From the NCBI GenBank assembly GCA_000004985.1, contig GG738852.1: a DNA stretch of 64,000 nucleotides, one strand, 5' to 3'. The notes below the pieces were generated by a model. It was not told the DNA's origin. It did no database searches and saw only the letters and a list, made by a program, of their open reading frames with translations. Below are positions 32,965 to 46,000 of the stretch, piece after piece. The stretch's first letter is position 1, and each line of letters opens with the position of its first letter. The translations under genes were made by a program, and so were the position numbers. The DNA is from Naegleria gruberi. Taxonomy: Eukaryota.

Positions 32965-35900
32965 ATGCCTTCGTCCGTAAAACCAGAAATGATCCAATCA
33001 CAACAACAATATTTACCTGGAGGTGAAGAAATTGAACTCCAACATGTGTACACACCCTCCAATAATCCAAGCAAATCTCCAAGAGATCGAAATGACAGTG
33101 TCGCTTCCCATACTTTTGTAAATAACAATATTCCCTCATCGGATGATTTAAGGGAAGAACAAGTTGTTGATTTTAAAAAGAAGGAAAAAAAGAAAGACAA
33201 GAAAAAGGAAAGCGAGAGTGGATCAGATTCTTCTGAAGACTCAAAATCCAGTAAATCCGATAAAAAGGCAGCAAAAAAGAAAAAGAAGAAACTAAGAAAG
33301 AAGGTTGCTAAGGGTTATGAATTCATGATTGGTTTTTTGGATGGTTTTGGAGAAAGTGTTGATGGACCAGTAAGTAGTAATAATTAGTATTATACTAATA
33401 CAAGAATGATCGTGCATCATGTAGGGTTTAAGAAAGAAGACTTTCATGGGTGCATTCCTTACAACAATAATGAGAATTGCATGTATAATTTTAATAGCAT
33501 ACAGATTGTATGTGTTAATCATTGATAACAAATCTCAATCAACTGGATCTATTATTAATATAAATTATGCCAAGACATCAAATGTGAGATATATGGATGT
33601 TCCAACATTGCAGTTGAGATTATCAAATAATATTACATTTTATGAGAATGAGGAGGATGGGCCATCTCTTCAAAGAATTGATATCTTTGATAATTATGGT
33701 TATGAAAAGACATATTCAACAAGAAGAGACATCAAAGATGTGCAAGTGCCTGTTCCAGTTACCAAGTCAATTTTTGGATCTAGTACTGTTAATTTGAATA
33801 GCTTTTATCCTTCAACTTCACCACCTTATCAAGCTGTTGAAGTGGAAAGAGCTGCCAATTCATCTGCAACATTGTTTGGAACTGAACAAAATACAATTTC
33901 AGTTCTCGCCAGTATGATTGATGACCCTCTCAAGATTATTTATTTGATGAATGGAGTTTTTGATACTAGTTATGGGAGTTTGGATTTTGTTAATCACACT
34001 GTTCATTTATATTTGAGATTTGTTGATGACATGACTCATATTAAACCTTGTCAACTGCATGTTGGATTGGTCAACTCTGGAGTTTTCAAATTGATTCAAG
34101 ATACCACTACTGAAGGAAAGAGTTATATTAAGAAGGAGTTACAAAGTGTGGATGAAATTTACATGACAACTGAGGATTCATTGTGGGATATTAATTTGAC
34201 AAAAACACAAGGGGAGGGAACCACATCTTCAATTTCGACTAATGGTTTACCTTATAACGTTCTCTACCTGTCAAACGAATTCACAACAAATGAATTATAC
34301 TCTTTCTTAAATAAGAAAGATATTGGGGGTCTGTCAAGAGATGTTTCAAAATTATTTGTCTCAAGAAACATGACAGCCTCTTCCTTCATGGATTGGTCTT
34401 TCTTGATCAGCTATGTCAATAACTTTTTGTACACTGAAAATACTCTTTTATGTGATGATTTTGAAACTACCGTTACAGATATTTCAACTCTATATGATAA
34501 GACTACCATGAGTGTTAAAGATTTATTCCCACAAGAAATTAGAGTAATTGCTGATCTTGTCGATGGAACAACCGAGACAATGTATGCTAGAGTTCCAACT
34601 GATTCATTCTCACCAAAGTCTTCAGATTTTTACCTTCTTCTCTTTGGTATTACTGGTAGGGCAGAAACTGTCAGAGTGAATAGTTTTCAGCTTGCCACTG
34701 GTGTAGGAACAAATAGATACAACTACATCAAGATGAGCATGAAACGATCAGGTAATAGACCAGTCAACTTTAAAAATGTAGAACCTCAAGACACAATATT
34801 TGCCTCTACAGTTATTAATTATAGTGCGGTTCAACTTCCAAATACTCTTCCTCAAAAGTGGATAAGTCAAGGATTGTGGAATTGCCCAACATCCAAGTAT
34901 GGTGATGGTTTTTGTGATTGTGAATGTGGCTTTGTCAACGATACGCTCACAGTAAGAGATATTGATTGTAACAATATGTTACCAACTCTCTTTAGTGGTA
35001 ATAACTTAATGACAAAATTCCACAAAACCTCATGTGCCAGCAAGGGACAATTTTGCTCCTCACAAGGAACGTGTTTAGAGGCAAATTATTTGAAATCAAG
35101 TAAGCCATGTTATCATAGAGCATCAGTTTTGGGAGATTCACAAATTATTGGATATTTTGGAAGTAATTCAGATTATAACAACTCTGGAGCATCTAAGAAA
35201 TGTGTTTCTTGTCTTGGCGATACATTCCTTTCAGAGAAATCATCCTTATCCATTTCAAAGAGTAAATACATGTGTCAAATCACACCTATTGGATACATAT
35301 TTGGAAAGGATTTCTTTTCAATGAATAGTACTGGTTTAATTAGTGTTTGGAAAGAAGCTCCAGGACACTTGTATGGAAAATGTCTCAATATTCCAATTAG
35401 AGTTAAGGTTGGTGAGCTAATGTTTCCAACTATCAATCCTGGTGAATATTACACTCTTCAAGTGGGTGACGCTTCATCCAATCAATACTCACAAACAGCA
35501 TATTTGGCTAGTGTTGGACCAACATCTCGATCAATCAAAAAGATTTCTCCAAAAGGAGATTTAATTGGTGAATCTCAATACGACTTTCAAACAGTGTGTG
35601 TCTCAACAACAGAACCATCTTTGAGTTTCCTTGAAATGGCTGGTTTTGGTCAAGTCATTTCTTCTGTGTCTGCCTATTCAAATATTATCATTGTTGATCC
35701 AGTAACTATTAATTCACCTGATCCTAACAATACTTTGAGTTTTATTGGTCGTTTCCCTACAGCAGGCGCTTTCAAGGCAACTTTTTATTCTGGAGATGGT
35801 TACTCTGAAGGGATTACTGATACAGTAACTCATCAACCAATCTCTGTTGATGTTCTGGGTGTAACTGATGTTAATGGATATCAAATATTACAATTGAAAG

Positions 35901-37678
35901 CTGCTCCTTCTTACTCTATTGGTTTAGCCTTCAACGTTTTACAATATGTTGATTCTGGAAGAACTATTGTTAATATTGAACAATTCAAACTCACCACCGA
36001 TCTCTCCAATTCTAACTTGATTAAGAGAGTGAACGATTGGAAGTCTCAACCGTCCAAATTTAAGCAACCAAGATTGTTGATCAGAAAATCTATCGATGAT
36101 TATACCTACCTTCAATATGTTTTAATTACAGATATCACCGAAATTTCTGTAATACCACTCAAATACAGAGTTTCTTTGAATTCCAAGGTTACAGAAGTGT
36201 TTGATGTTGGATCAGTGGTTGAATATACTGCTGATATGACAATTGGTTCTATCAGTATTCCAATAACGTTATCATCTTCCTATGACAGAAAGGAATTCCT
36301 TCCAGTAAATAGTGCACAAACAGTTGGTATTCCAACACCTAGTAGTCTCAGAGTTCAATATGCCATGTTTATTGTACCAAACAAGAAGAAATTCCCAAAT
36401 TTGGATTATTCTGAAACAAAGAGTAATCAACCAGATTACCAATCTCAAAATTTCCTTAATCTATGTCCTCGTGAATATGGGGTTGATAAGGTTTCAATTC
36501 CATATGATGGTGATATGTGGAAACATTTTTCTATTGATCCTTCAAGAGGTCACAATGTTGAATCATGCAAAATATCCAAGTGGACAACATCCTTTGTCAA
36601 TCAAGCATGTTCAGATGTAAAGAACTTACCAAAGAATCAATTTAACAAGAATTGTATCAAGCAAATGCCTCCAACGTACTCTCTCAAGTATGATCACGTT
36701 ATTCAATTGAACAATAAGTGGTCAAACCTTACTGACAGTGATGCGGCTGAAGTTTCAACAGGAGGAGCTAGTCTACCAGAATTCAAGTACACTTTCAAAC
36801 ATGTCTATACATTCCAACATGACAAGTATGCAGATGAGGTAGATTCTAGTTTTTCTACAGGAGCTCCAAAGACTGGAGACTTTACACAAAATATGTCCTC
36901 TATTTATTATAATGGTAAATTGAATTATCAAGGTAGATCAAAGGATGTTTTCCTTCCAGCCAATTCACCTATACTTGACATGGATGCATCCATTGAATTA
37001 TCTCCAAACTTTATTATTGATGTACTTAATCATTATGATGATTTGACAGTCAATTATGGATGGAATATTGTCTACGAATCAGGTACTTGGAAAAAGCTAA
37101 AAAACAAAACAATTGAAGCAATCCAAGAATTTGGAGATACAATCTTTGATGACATCAAGGTTGTTTGGGATCTTTCTTCTTTAGCAAAAGGTTCTAACAA
37201 TAATAAGCTCACTTTAACACCAGGTCATCAATATAACTTTTTTGCCTCCCTCAAGATTACAACCCTCTATTCAACAGATACTTTGGGAAATTCAGAAATT
37301 ACTCAAGTTAAGATTTTAATTCAGAGTACATCTGTTACTGAATATGCGTTAGATTTCTTAGATAGACAAAAGTGCATCCTGAACTTTGCTATTTCCTTTG
37401 ATTTACCTCAAAGTTATCAAGTATTTATTCAATCCGATTATACTATTCTCGCGTTTTTCACAGATGTTGGTGGGGCTATTGGAATTATTTCAATTGGAGC
37501 TATTGCTTTGGAGTTATGGCAGAGTTACATTAGGCAACCAGAAATGTTTTTACATGATGCTATTAAGGAAGAAAAGAAAAAGAGAAAGAATGCCAAAAAA
37601 GCTGCCCAAAAAGGAGTTGTGCCAGAGATTACCATACAAACCAATGTAGTTTCAACATTAGCTACAAATATCAATTAA
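32965..37678 (+). CDS. Large (~1.5k aa) two-TM membrane glycoprotein. It has an N-terminal Ser/Lys-rich cytosolic region, a huge Cys-containing and N-glycosylation-rich ectodomain with one LNR-like 'GDGFCDCECG' motif, and a C-terminal TM with a Lys-rich tail. Two exons are likely (32965-33369, 33425-37678).
   Basis: Exon 2 is the long ORF 33446..37678, which is robust. Exon 1 (true ATG at 32965; the track start at 32896 is GTG) joins through a 55-nt GTAAGT...TAG intron (33370-33424) in a compatible phase. That join is moderately supported. Confidence 0.6.
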
Positions 37679-37688
37679 TAAATTATTT

Positions 37689-40122
37689 TTAATCACCAGA
37701 TTTTGCTTTTTTAAACAGCATGTCAGAGTTTTGTTTTGATGAACCCTTGTCGAGCGAATTAAGTGAATGCATGATAAAATCAAACATTACACTATCCCAC
37801 ACTTCGTCCACAAGTTTCATCTTTTCTTGAACAATGTATGTATGGTTGAGTACTGATTTGATGTATGGATTGATAATTCCAGAATATCTATCCAAAACGT
37901 TATTTGCTACAGGTATCGGTATTTGCTTGGCTACGGCTTGTCTTTTACCAAAAATCTTTTCTGAATTGGATTTATCAGTGGATGAAATGGGTTTTCCGTT
38001 CATTTCAACTAATTGTGGGAGAACATATATACAGTAGGGTTTTAAAATTCTTTTTAGGGAAGAGCAGACAGGGTTGTCTTTGAATGAAATCTTGGTCACT
38101 ACAAAATCTAACTTGGAGAGTAGTGATAATTGTTTCAGACTCGAAATGTTATTATTACTGAATGTCAAGCTTGAGGCCATTATCTTTTTTGTGAATAAGA
38201 ATGTTTCACAAATCTTTTCAAGTCCCAAATTATGAAAATGAACATTATAGTCTCCATAATTAATTGGTGTAATGAAAGGTTCTCCGTAAATATGAAGCAT
38301 TTCTCCTTCAATTTGTGTGTATGATGATATTGCAACTTCTGGCATGTGGTTTTCTTCCTTTTCCTTAGCAAATGCTGTTATTATGTCCAAGTTAGGAGTT
38401 GGAGGTGTAGGTGAAATATCTTGAGCATCTGGAGGATGAGAGCTTGCCAGATTAATTTCTATGTTTAGATCTTGCCCGTACTCCAAAGGACTTGGTATTA
38501 GGTCAGTGAAAGGGAATATTGAGGAAACATTAACATTGGCAAGATATTTGAGAGATACATCTCGTTCGGATTCAACAACTTTAGTCGAGTCCAGTATTAC
38601 TAATTTTCTCATTGATGCCAAAGTTATGACTCTATATTTTTGTCCTAGATTTTGTTGTAGAGGGTTATCATCCATAGACAGTTCTGTTAGAGATGTACTT
38701 CTGAGCACACTTTCAACAGAGGCAAACAGTTGAATATTATTCGAAGATAAGAATAGACGTTTTAAATTGGGAAGCTCATCTATTTCTTCTACTTTTTCAA
38801 TCTTTTAAATTTTAGTTTATGAGTCCAGTAAAAATTAACATACCATATTTTTCCTAAGGTTCAATTCATTCAAGGATTGTAATCCTCTAACATTTGAAAC
38901 ATTGGATATTAAATTTCCAGCTAAATTTAATACTCGAACCTCCTTCAAGGATGAAAGATTGGATATTTCCCTAATCTTATTTCCATGAAGATCCAATACA
39001 TCCAATTTGTGTAAATATTCCAACCCTTCAATTTTCTCGATCATGTTTTTCCCCAACATTAAAACTCTGAGAGATAATAAAGAATCCAAATTTGATATTT
39101 TCTTAATCTTATTTCCATATAAATCCAAAAATACCAAGCTCGTCAGATTATTTAAATTGCTTATACTTCTGATTTCGTTATATTGTAAATTCAATAATTT
39201 AAGATTTGTATCACCTGTAATGATTGGGCATTTTGTTAGATTTCTTCGATCAAGATTCAGCCTCTCGTTACTCACTGTTTCCTCAATTTTTGATTCCACA
39301 GTCTTTTCCTTCACCTGTGGAGTATTTTGAGACATTAGATAATTAATTTTTGGAGAGTTTCCTCTTGTAAATCTATTAGGAACTCTTTCATCTGGTTGAT
39401 TATTTCCATTCATCACGGCTGAATTTTGACCTTCTTGAGGTGTTGATGAATATTTAAAGTACATTATGTTGGAAGAATTATTTGAAGGAGAGGCAGAGAC
39501 GGCATTGGGACCATTTTGTAATCGGGGAGTAGTGGCACTTTGAGGTCTTTTGCCTCCCACGCTTGATGTTGTAGTTGTTGTCCTTTTAGAGGAAGCAACA
39601 AGTGTTGACCTCTTTGCTGTCACAGTATTTGAATTTGTTTGATTTTGAGGCGTTATATTTGAAGTAAAATTGGATGTAGGTGTTGAATGTATGCTTTTGA
39701 ATCGTCTGTGTTGATTGAAAAACTCTCTCTATTTTGTATTTGAAGGAATCAAAATCAAACATTTTTAAATACAAATCTATAAAACAACTTACTCCCAACG
39801 AATTCAATGCTGCTTTTCCATTATTATTATTAGTATTATTTGAAACTGAAAAGTATGGTCTTGTATTCGAATTTCCAGCAGTGACAAAAGTATTTGAATT
39901 ATTTCCCGATGATGTACTAGGCAATAGAGAAGTTCCTCCGAGAATACCCAGAGGTCCTTGTTGATTATTGTTCATCATATTGCTATTGAGGTTATTGCTG
40001 AATGGTCGAACTGATGAAGTTGTAAGGAAATTGGCGGAATTGTTTGATAGACTTTGAGCAACACTTTGGCTCATTTTTTTGTAGATGATGCTCAAGGAGG
40101 GAAAAAGAGCAGCAATTTGCAT
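37689..40122 (-). CDS. Leucine-rich-repeat protein (seven or more SDS22-type LRRs) with an N-terminal Asn/Ser-rich region and a large C-terminal domain. Three exons (39793-40122, 38844-39728, 37689-38801).
   Basis: ATG at 40120-40122, with an alternative at 40072-40074. Intron 39729-39792 (64 nt, GTAAGT...ATAG) and intron 38802-38843 (42 nt, GTATGT...AAAG) are both phase 0. The LRR periodicity is continuous across both junctions ('LRKNM|IEKVEEIDELPNLKRLFLSSNNI'). Merges three track ORFs. Confidence 0.75.
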
Positions 40123-40291
40123 GAGCTCGTTTTTTTCCTTTTATGCCAGTCTTACTTTCCATACCAATGAACTTTTAATGAAGTCAATGCCCATCGCTTA
40201 ATTCCCAATATATTTGCTTTCTTTACATTTGCAAATAAGTTGTTTGTTTGACACTTACTATTGGGAATGAAAGAGAGAATTAATAGAAAAA

Positions 40292-40636
40292 ATGTCTCAA
40301 ATCGTTCCATCTTCTTCCTCAAATAATTCATCGTCGCCGTGGTTGGTCACTACAGGAAGTGGTTTTGATAAATCAAGTGATATGACTGCTGTCATTCCTA
40401 TTAGCAATGATATTTACGAATTGGAAAAACAAAAAGTTAGATTTGTCTGTGAAAAGTGTAAAGGATCGGAATATAGATTGGGAGAGGTTAGAAGTTGTGG
40501 TTCTCTGATGGCCAAAATATTCAATGTACAAAATAGAAGATTCATCACTGTGACTTGTTCAACTTGTGGGCATACACAATTCTTTGAATCGACGCAATCT
40601 GCTCTGGCTAATATTTTGGATATTCTCATCAGATAG
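40292..40636 (+). CDS. Small Zn-ribbon protein (CxxC...CxxCGHT) resembling the bacterial/archaeal DUF2082-type zinc-ribbon family, with an N-terminal Ser-rich extension
   Basis: ATG at 40292, stop TAG. 'FVCEKCKGSEYRLGEVRSCGSLMAKIFNVQNRRFITVTCSTCGHTQFF' has a bipartite C2-C2 ribbon with a conserved KIFNVQN spacer. Confidence 0.55.
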   Translation: MSQIVPSSSSNNSSSPWLVTTGSGFDKSSDMTAVIPISNDIYELEKQKVRFVCEKCKGSEYRLGEVRSCGSLMAKIFNVQNRRFITVTCSTCGHTQFFESTQSALANILDILIR

Positions 40637-41024
40637 ATGAAATTATTATGATTGAATAATATTGGAAATTGACTATATTACAACAACATAGAAAGAGATT
40701 AATTTCAAGAACATTGGCCATTTGATGAAATTTGTATTGTTGTTTAACATTAAGTTGAGTATTTGATTGGTTGATGAAATATTGACTTGCTTTCCCGCTC
40801 TCAACACCTCACAACAAATCAATATCATTCTTAAAATAAACGTAGAGTATTCGAATTTGATTAGCTTGGTGACAAATTTTCATCATCAATAATCCATCAT
40901 TAGAACTGATTGTAAGAGTGTTCATCACAACATTGATCTCGTCAAAGTTTCCAACCAAGCAGAGAAGATTTTGCACATCAAAAAAATTTTACTCAAGGTA
41001 ATCATCCTACTTGCTTGATAAGAT

Positions 41025-42900
41025 ATGTCTGCCTACTTGGTTTATCCTCCTTCAAATAATTATTATTCATATCAAACACAAGCTTATCCATCTTCTTATG
41101 GTAATCAATACTATGAAAACAATACTAATCGTGGTTCTCCACAGCAGTGGATGATGAATCAATATGGTGGTGTAGTTTCTGATCGGTATCATCAAAACTC
41201 TCAACCATCACATCATACACAACAACAACACACAGCTATATCTTCCGATTATAATTCTTTCATCTCCATTGACTATTATAATGAAGAGGACTTGGAGAGA
41301 GACAATACCTCACAACATAGTAGCAAAACAAGTACATTATGTTGCTACAACTACTCAACAAGCAAATCTTTCCAGACAAAGACACAACAGACAACCTTCA
41401 CATGATTCCTCTGTCATGTCCACAGCCTCTGTGGCATCTTCGGTAAGATCATCAAGGCAACCACAACCAACAACAGCCCAAATACAACAACAGGCACAAT
41501 TTGTAAATAACACAAGAGCAAGCCCAATTGCTTCCATCTCTAACCAAAATTATAATAATAATTATCACAATAATTATCAGTTTCCAACTAGTAATAATAA
41601 TAATAGCTATAGTAATAATAATAATAATTATAATTACAACACCACAAACATAAATTATAGTAAACCTAACAACCTTCAACAAGTAATACCACCACCACAA
41701 ACAAACTATGTACAACAACAACAAATACCACCTCTCTCATTTGCTAATGCAACAAATCATATCACTCATCAAACTTACTCCTCCTTGGAAACAGACTCTT
41801 CTGTTGATATTTGTACAGTAAAGGATGATCATATTTGGATGATTGATAATTTAGTAACTATTGAAGAAGCAGAACAATTAATCGATATCTATCAAGATAT
41901 TTCAAGAAGAACTCAAGAAGCCTTAATACAACAACAAATTCTCCAACAACAACGACGAAATGCCATGTCTGTCAAGTCCATGAGAAGAGGAACCTACTCT
42001 ACTTATGGTGATGAAATGCTAGGTACTCCTTCAGTTATTTCTTCCTCCCAACACAACACAATATCAGACAGAATTCAACATATAGATTATACAAATGACG
42101 AGTTTGCCAACTTTATATTTGAACAATTAAAGGATGTTCTACCACCAGACCAATCCAAGTTGTATGGTGAAAAAGTTGGCAAAACATTCGAATTGAGTGG
42201 AATTTATGAAAAATTCACAGTTTATGAACTAAGGCCTGGTGAAAAAATTGAAAAATCCAAAGGTGAAGACAAGTGTAGAATAATAGAAGTGGAATCTGAT
42301 AATTTAAACAATAAGCTCACTAATGAGCAATACCATGAAAAGAGTTTTTTGACATGTTTAATTTGCTTGAAAGGAGTTGTTGACTACAATGAGCCAAAAC
42401 AACCTAACGGACAACAGTTATTTGGTGTAAATTTCTATGACATGTCTAAGGAAAGACCAGAACATTTCATTGTTTTAGACCACGTTGGCAAGAGCTGCCT
42501 TTTCAGTAATAACACACAATTATTTGAAGTGGTTGAAAATCATGGAACAGAGAATGTTTATTTATTGGCTGTTAATGTAATGTATAGGTCTGTTATTACA
42601 AATTCTCCACTCAGAGCTAATTCTCTAACCAACCAAACTGAGGACAGAGAAAGATCACTCTCAGTATCTTCTACTGCTAGTAATATCTCAATTGATGATA
42701 ATGAAAACATGCACCAATACAGAGAAATACTGCAACAACAACAACAGAAAAAGTCAAACGGGGGAGGTAAATATTTAATGTGGGCCTTTGGAACGAGTTT
42801 CATAGTGTTGACAAGTTTCTTCCTTCAAACTGGAATTAAAGTCAACAAGCCAATCATTTCCAAACTCTTGTCAATACTATCCAAACAATTAAATATATAA
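41025..42900 (+). CDS. Asn/Tyr/Gln-rich (prion-like) protein with a conserved C-terminal globular domain and a C-terminal tail-anchor TM. The reading frame breaks between 41269 and 41405.
   Basis: ATG at 41025 (frame 0) opens a 126-aa N/Q/Y-rich ORF. The main ORF (frame +1, to 42900) has no true start codon and overlaps it. A 31-nt GTACAT...ACAAG segment (41335-41365) would restore the frame, or a 1-nt indel may be present. Confidence 0.5.
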
Positions 42901-43014
42901 TTAAATTTACTTTATTCTCCAAATTGCACAATGATCTCAATAATTATTATCTTCGTTGATTCAAAACAAACTTGAAAATGCACAACGGAAAATGCATAAT
43001 ACTTTGCAAAAAAA

Positions 43015-46000
43015 ATGAGAAACCTCCAATTAATTCATCATCAAGAAATTTCTCTTGTTGAAGCTCTGATTGCCAACAATGATGAAGTTGTTTCTTGTAC
43101 CTCCACCGACAGTGATGTCTTGTTCGGATTATCAAAGAATGGTATTCTCTTTCAAGTGGATATTAAAGAGGGTGCTATAGTAAAGACGGTTAATCTTGGA
43201 GATATTGATGGAATTACACCACAAGCAGAAATGATTGATATTCAATATGTTGCAGAATTGGAATCACTTATTATTATTTCTCAATTTGATATTATTACTT
43301 TTAATATTTCTAATGATACTAGTGAAATTACAGCTTCTATTGAAGAGGGTATCAACGCAATGTCTTGGAGTCCTGATCAAGAAATTGTCATCTTCTCAAC
43401 AGGTAATGGAAATTTACTTACCATGTCCAAACATTTTGAAACTCTCACAGAAGCTCCTTCCGATTTAATACCAACAAAATCCAATACTAGTACAAATACT
43501 GCTGTTAAACAACAAGCAAAACTTACAGAGGAAGTTTCCTCTCGTTTCATAAATAGACCTTTACCAGTTGAAATTAGTTGGAGAAATGATGGTCAATACT
43601 TTGTTTTAAATAGTATGGATCCATCCGATGGAAAGAGATGGTTAAGAGTTTGGGAAAGAAATGGAAATTTAGTTTCAAAGTCGGAACCAATTGATGGTTT
43701 ATTGGGTAATGTTGTTCATTATAGACCTGATGGTAGTATTATTGGTACACACCAATACCATCCTGGTAAAAAGGAAACTACTATTGCTTTCTTTGAAAGA
43801 AATGGTTTGCAACATTATGATTTTGTTTTAGAAAAGGGAATGAGTGATATTTATTCACTTCAATGGAATTCCACTTCAGATGTTTTGTGTGTCACATTCA
43901 AATCAGCTAGTAGAGAAAATACAGTCCTTGTTCAATTGTGGTACAGAGGAAATTATCATTGGTATCTCAAACAAGAATATTCATTCAATGAAAGTGAACA
44001 AGCTCCAACTCATATTACTTGGGATTCAGAATCAGCATATAGACTTCACATTTTCTGTAAGAATGCTAATTATTATTGTTATGATTTATGCTGGGATCAC
44101 AACATGTCACATGGAATGACATCAGAAAATCCATGTTTCATGGCCGTGATTAATGGATTGAAATTGAATTTGACACCACTCAGATATGCTGTCATTCCTC
44201 CTCCAATGTGTGCTGAAAGTATTACATTTGATTTACCAATTAATTGTGTTTCATTCAGTGATTCTTCAAGATGTCTTGCTCAGTTATCTGATGGATCATT
44301 CCACCTCTATCAATTTTCCACCTCTAACAAACCACCAAAATTTGGTTTACCACCAAGCAAACTAGGATCTATCAAACCACTTTCAAATAATCCAGTTAGA
44401 CTTTTGACCATGATTAATGAGAATACTTTCTGTTTTGTTCCACTTACAATTCCAGGTAAATCAGATGCCTTGGTTATTTGTACTATTAATGAAGATTTCA
44501 CGTGTGAAACAAGAGAAGTCTCCTATCCTGAATCCATTCTCAGAATTGCTTACCATTCATATACCGGTAATTTGTTCATTGAAGGAGAATCTGGTGCTCT
44601 CTTTAAACAAAAGATTAATGAAGATATTCCAGAAGAATTAGAAGAAAGATTCGAATATCCATGTCAAATTATTGCTCCAACCATGATGGGCGAGGAAGAA
44701 GTTGTTGTTGGTTTGAATCATAGAGGTATTTTATTTATTGGTTCACACAATGTTGTTTCCAATTGTTCCTCATTCTCTCTCACTGATCAATTCTTACTTT
44801 TCACAACCATGTCACACAAGTTGAGAATTATCAATCTCCATCTTTCAGTTTATGATGCTGTTGATATTGCTGCTAGTGGCCCAACTTCAAAGTACGATGA
44901 AACCTTTAGAGAAATTGAAAGAGGTGCCAGATTAGTTTGTGCAGTTCCATCAGATCTTAACGTTATTCTTCAAATGCCAAGAGGTAACTTGGAAGGTATT
45001 ACCCCTAAGGCTCTTGTACTCTCTAGAGTTAGATCATTATTGAATAACTTTGAATATGGAAAGGCTGTTGTTGCAACTAGAAAGTACAGAATTGATATGA
45101 ATATTATTTATGACCACAACCCAGAATCATTCATTAACAATGCAAAGAAGTTCGTTGAAGATGTTGATAATGCAGACTATATCAACTTGTTCATTTCAAC
45201 CTTGACCAATGAAGACATTACCAAGACTAAATTTGCTGGTTATCATTCTGATGGTAAAACAGTAAAGGGCGAACATCAAACCACAATCACTGAAGTTAAC
45301 AAGATTAACAGAATTTGCGACAAGCTCAGAGAAGTCCTTAATGAAGTTGATAAGAAGAAGTTTATTTCCTCTATTCTGACAACCTATGCTAAATATCAAG
45401 CACCAATGTTAGAAGAAGCTTTGCAATTAATTAGAGAGCTCAAAGCTGCTAATGAAAGAAAGCATTCAGAAGCTGATGAAGCTTTGAGTTATTTGGTATT
45501 CTTGATTGATGTCAATATTCTTTATGATATTGCTTTGGGAATGTACGACTTTGATTTAGTTTTGATGGTTGCTCAAAAATCTCAAAAGGATCCAAAAGAG
45601 TACCTTCCATTCTTGGCTAATCTCAAGAAAATGGAACAATATTATAGACAATACAGTATAGATATGCATCTGTCAAGATTTGAAAAGGCTTTGGAAAATA
45701 TTTCCAAGGCAGGTGCTGAACATTTCCCTGAAGCTGTTGCTCTCATTAGAGAAAAGGGTCTCTTTAAATTGGGTATGCAATTATATGAAAGTGACAAGGA
45801 TAAGCTTTTAGTTATTTTTGAAGCTTATGGTGATTATTTGGTTTCTGTTGGCAATCACAAACAAGCTGCCTTCTCTTTCCTCAAATGCAAAAAGTTCGAA
45901 AAGGCTCAACAATCATTCTTGGAAGCTGGTGAATATGAATTTGTATTCTCACTTACCAAAACTTTGAATCAACAAGCTCAAGACATTAAGAAGATTGCTA

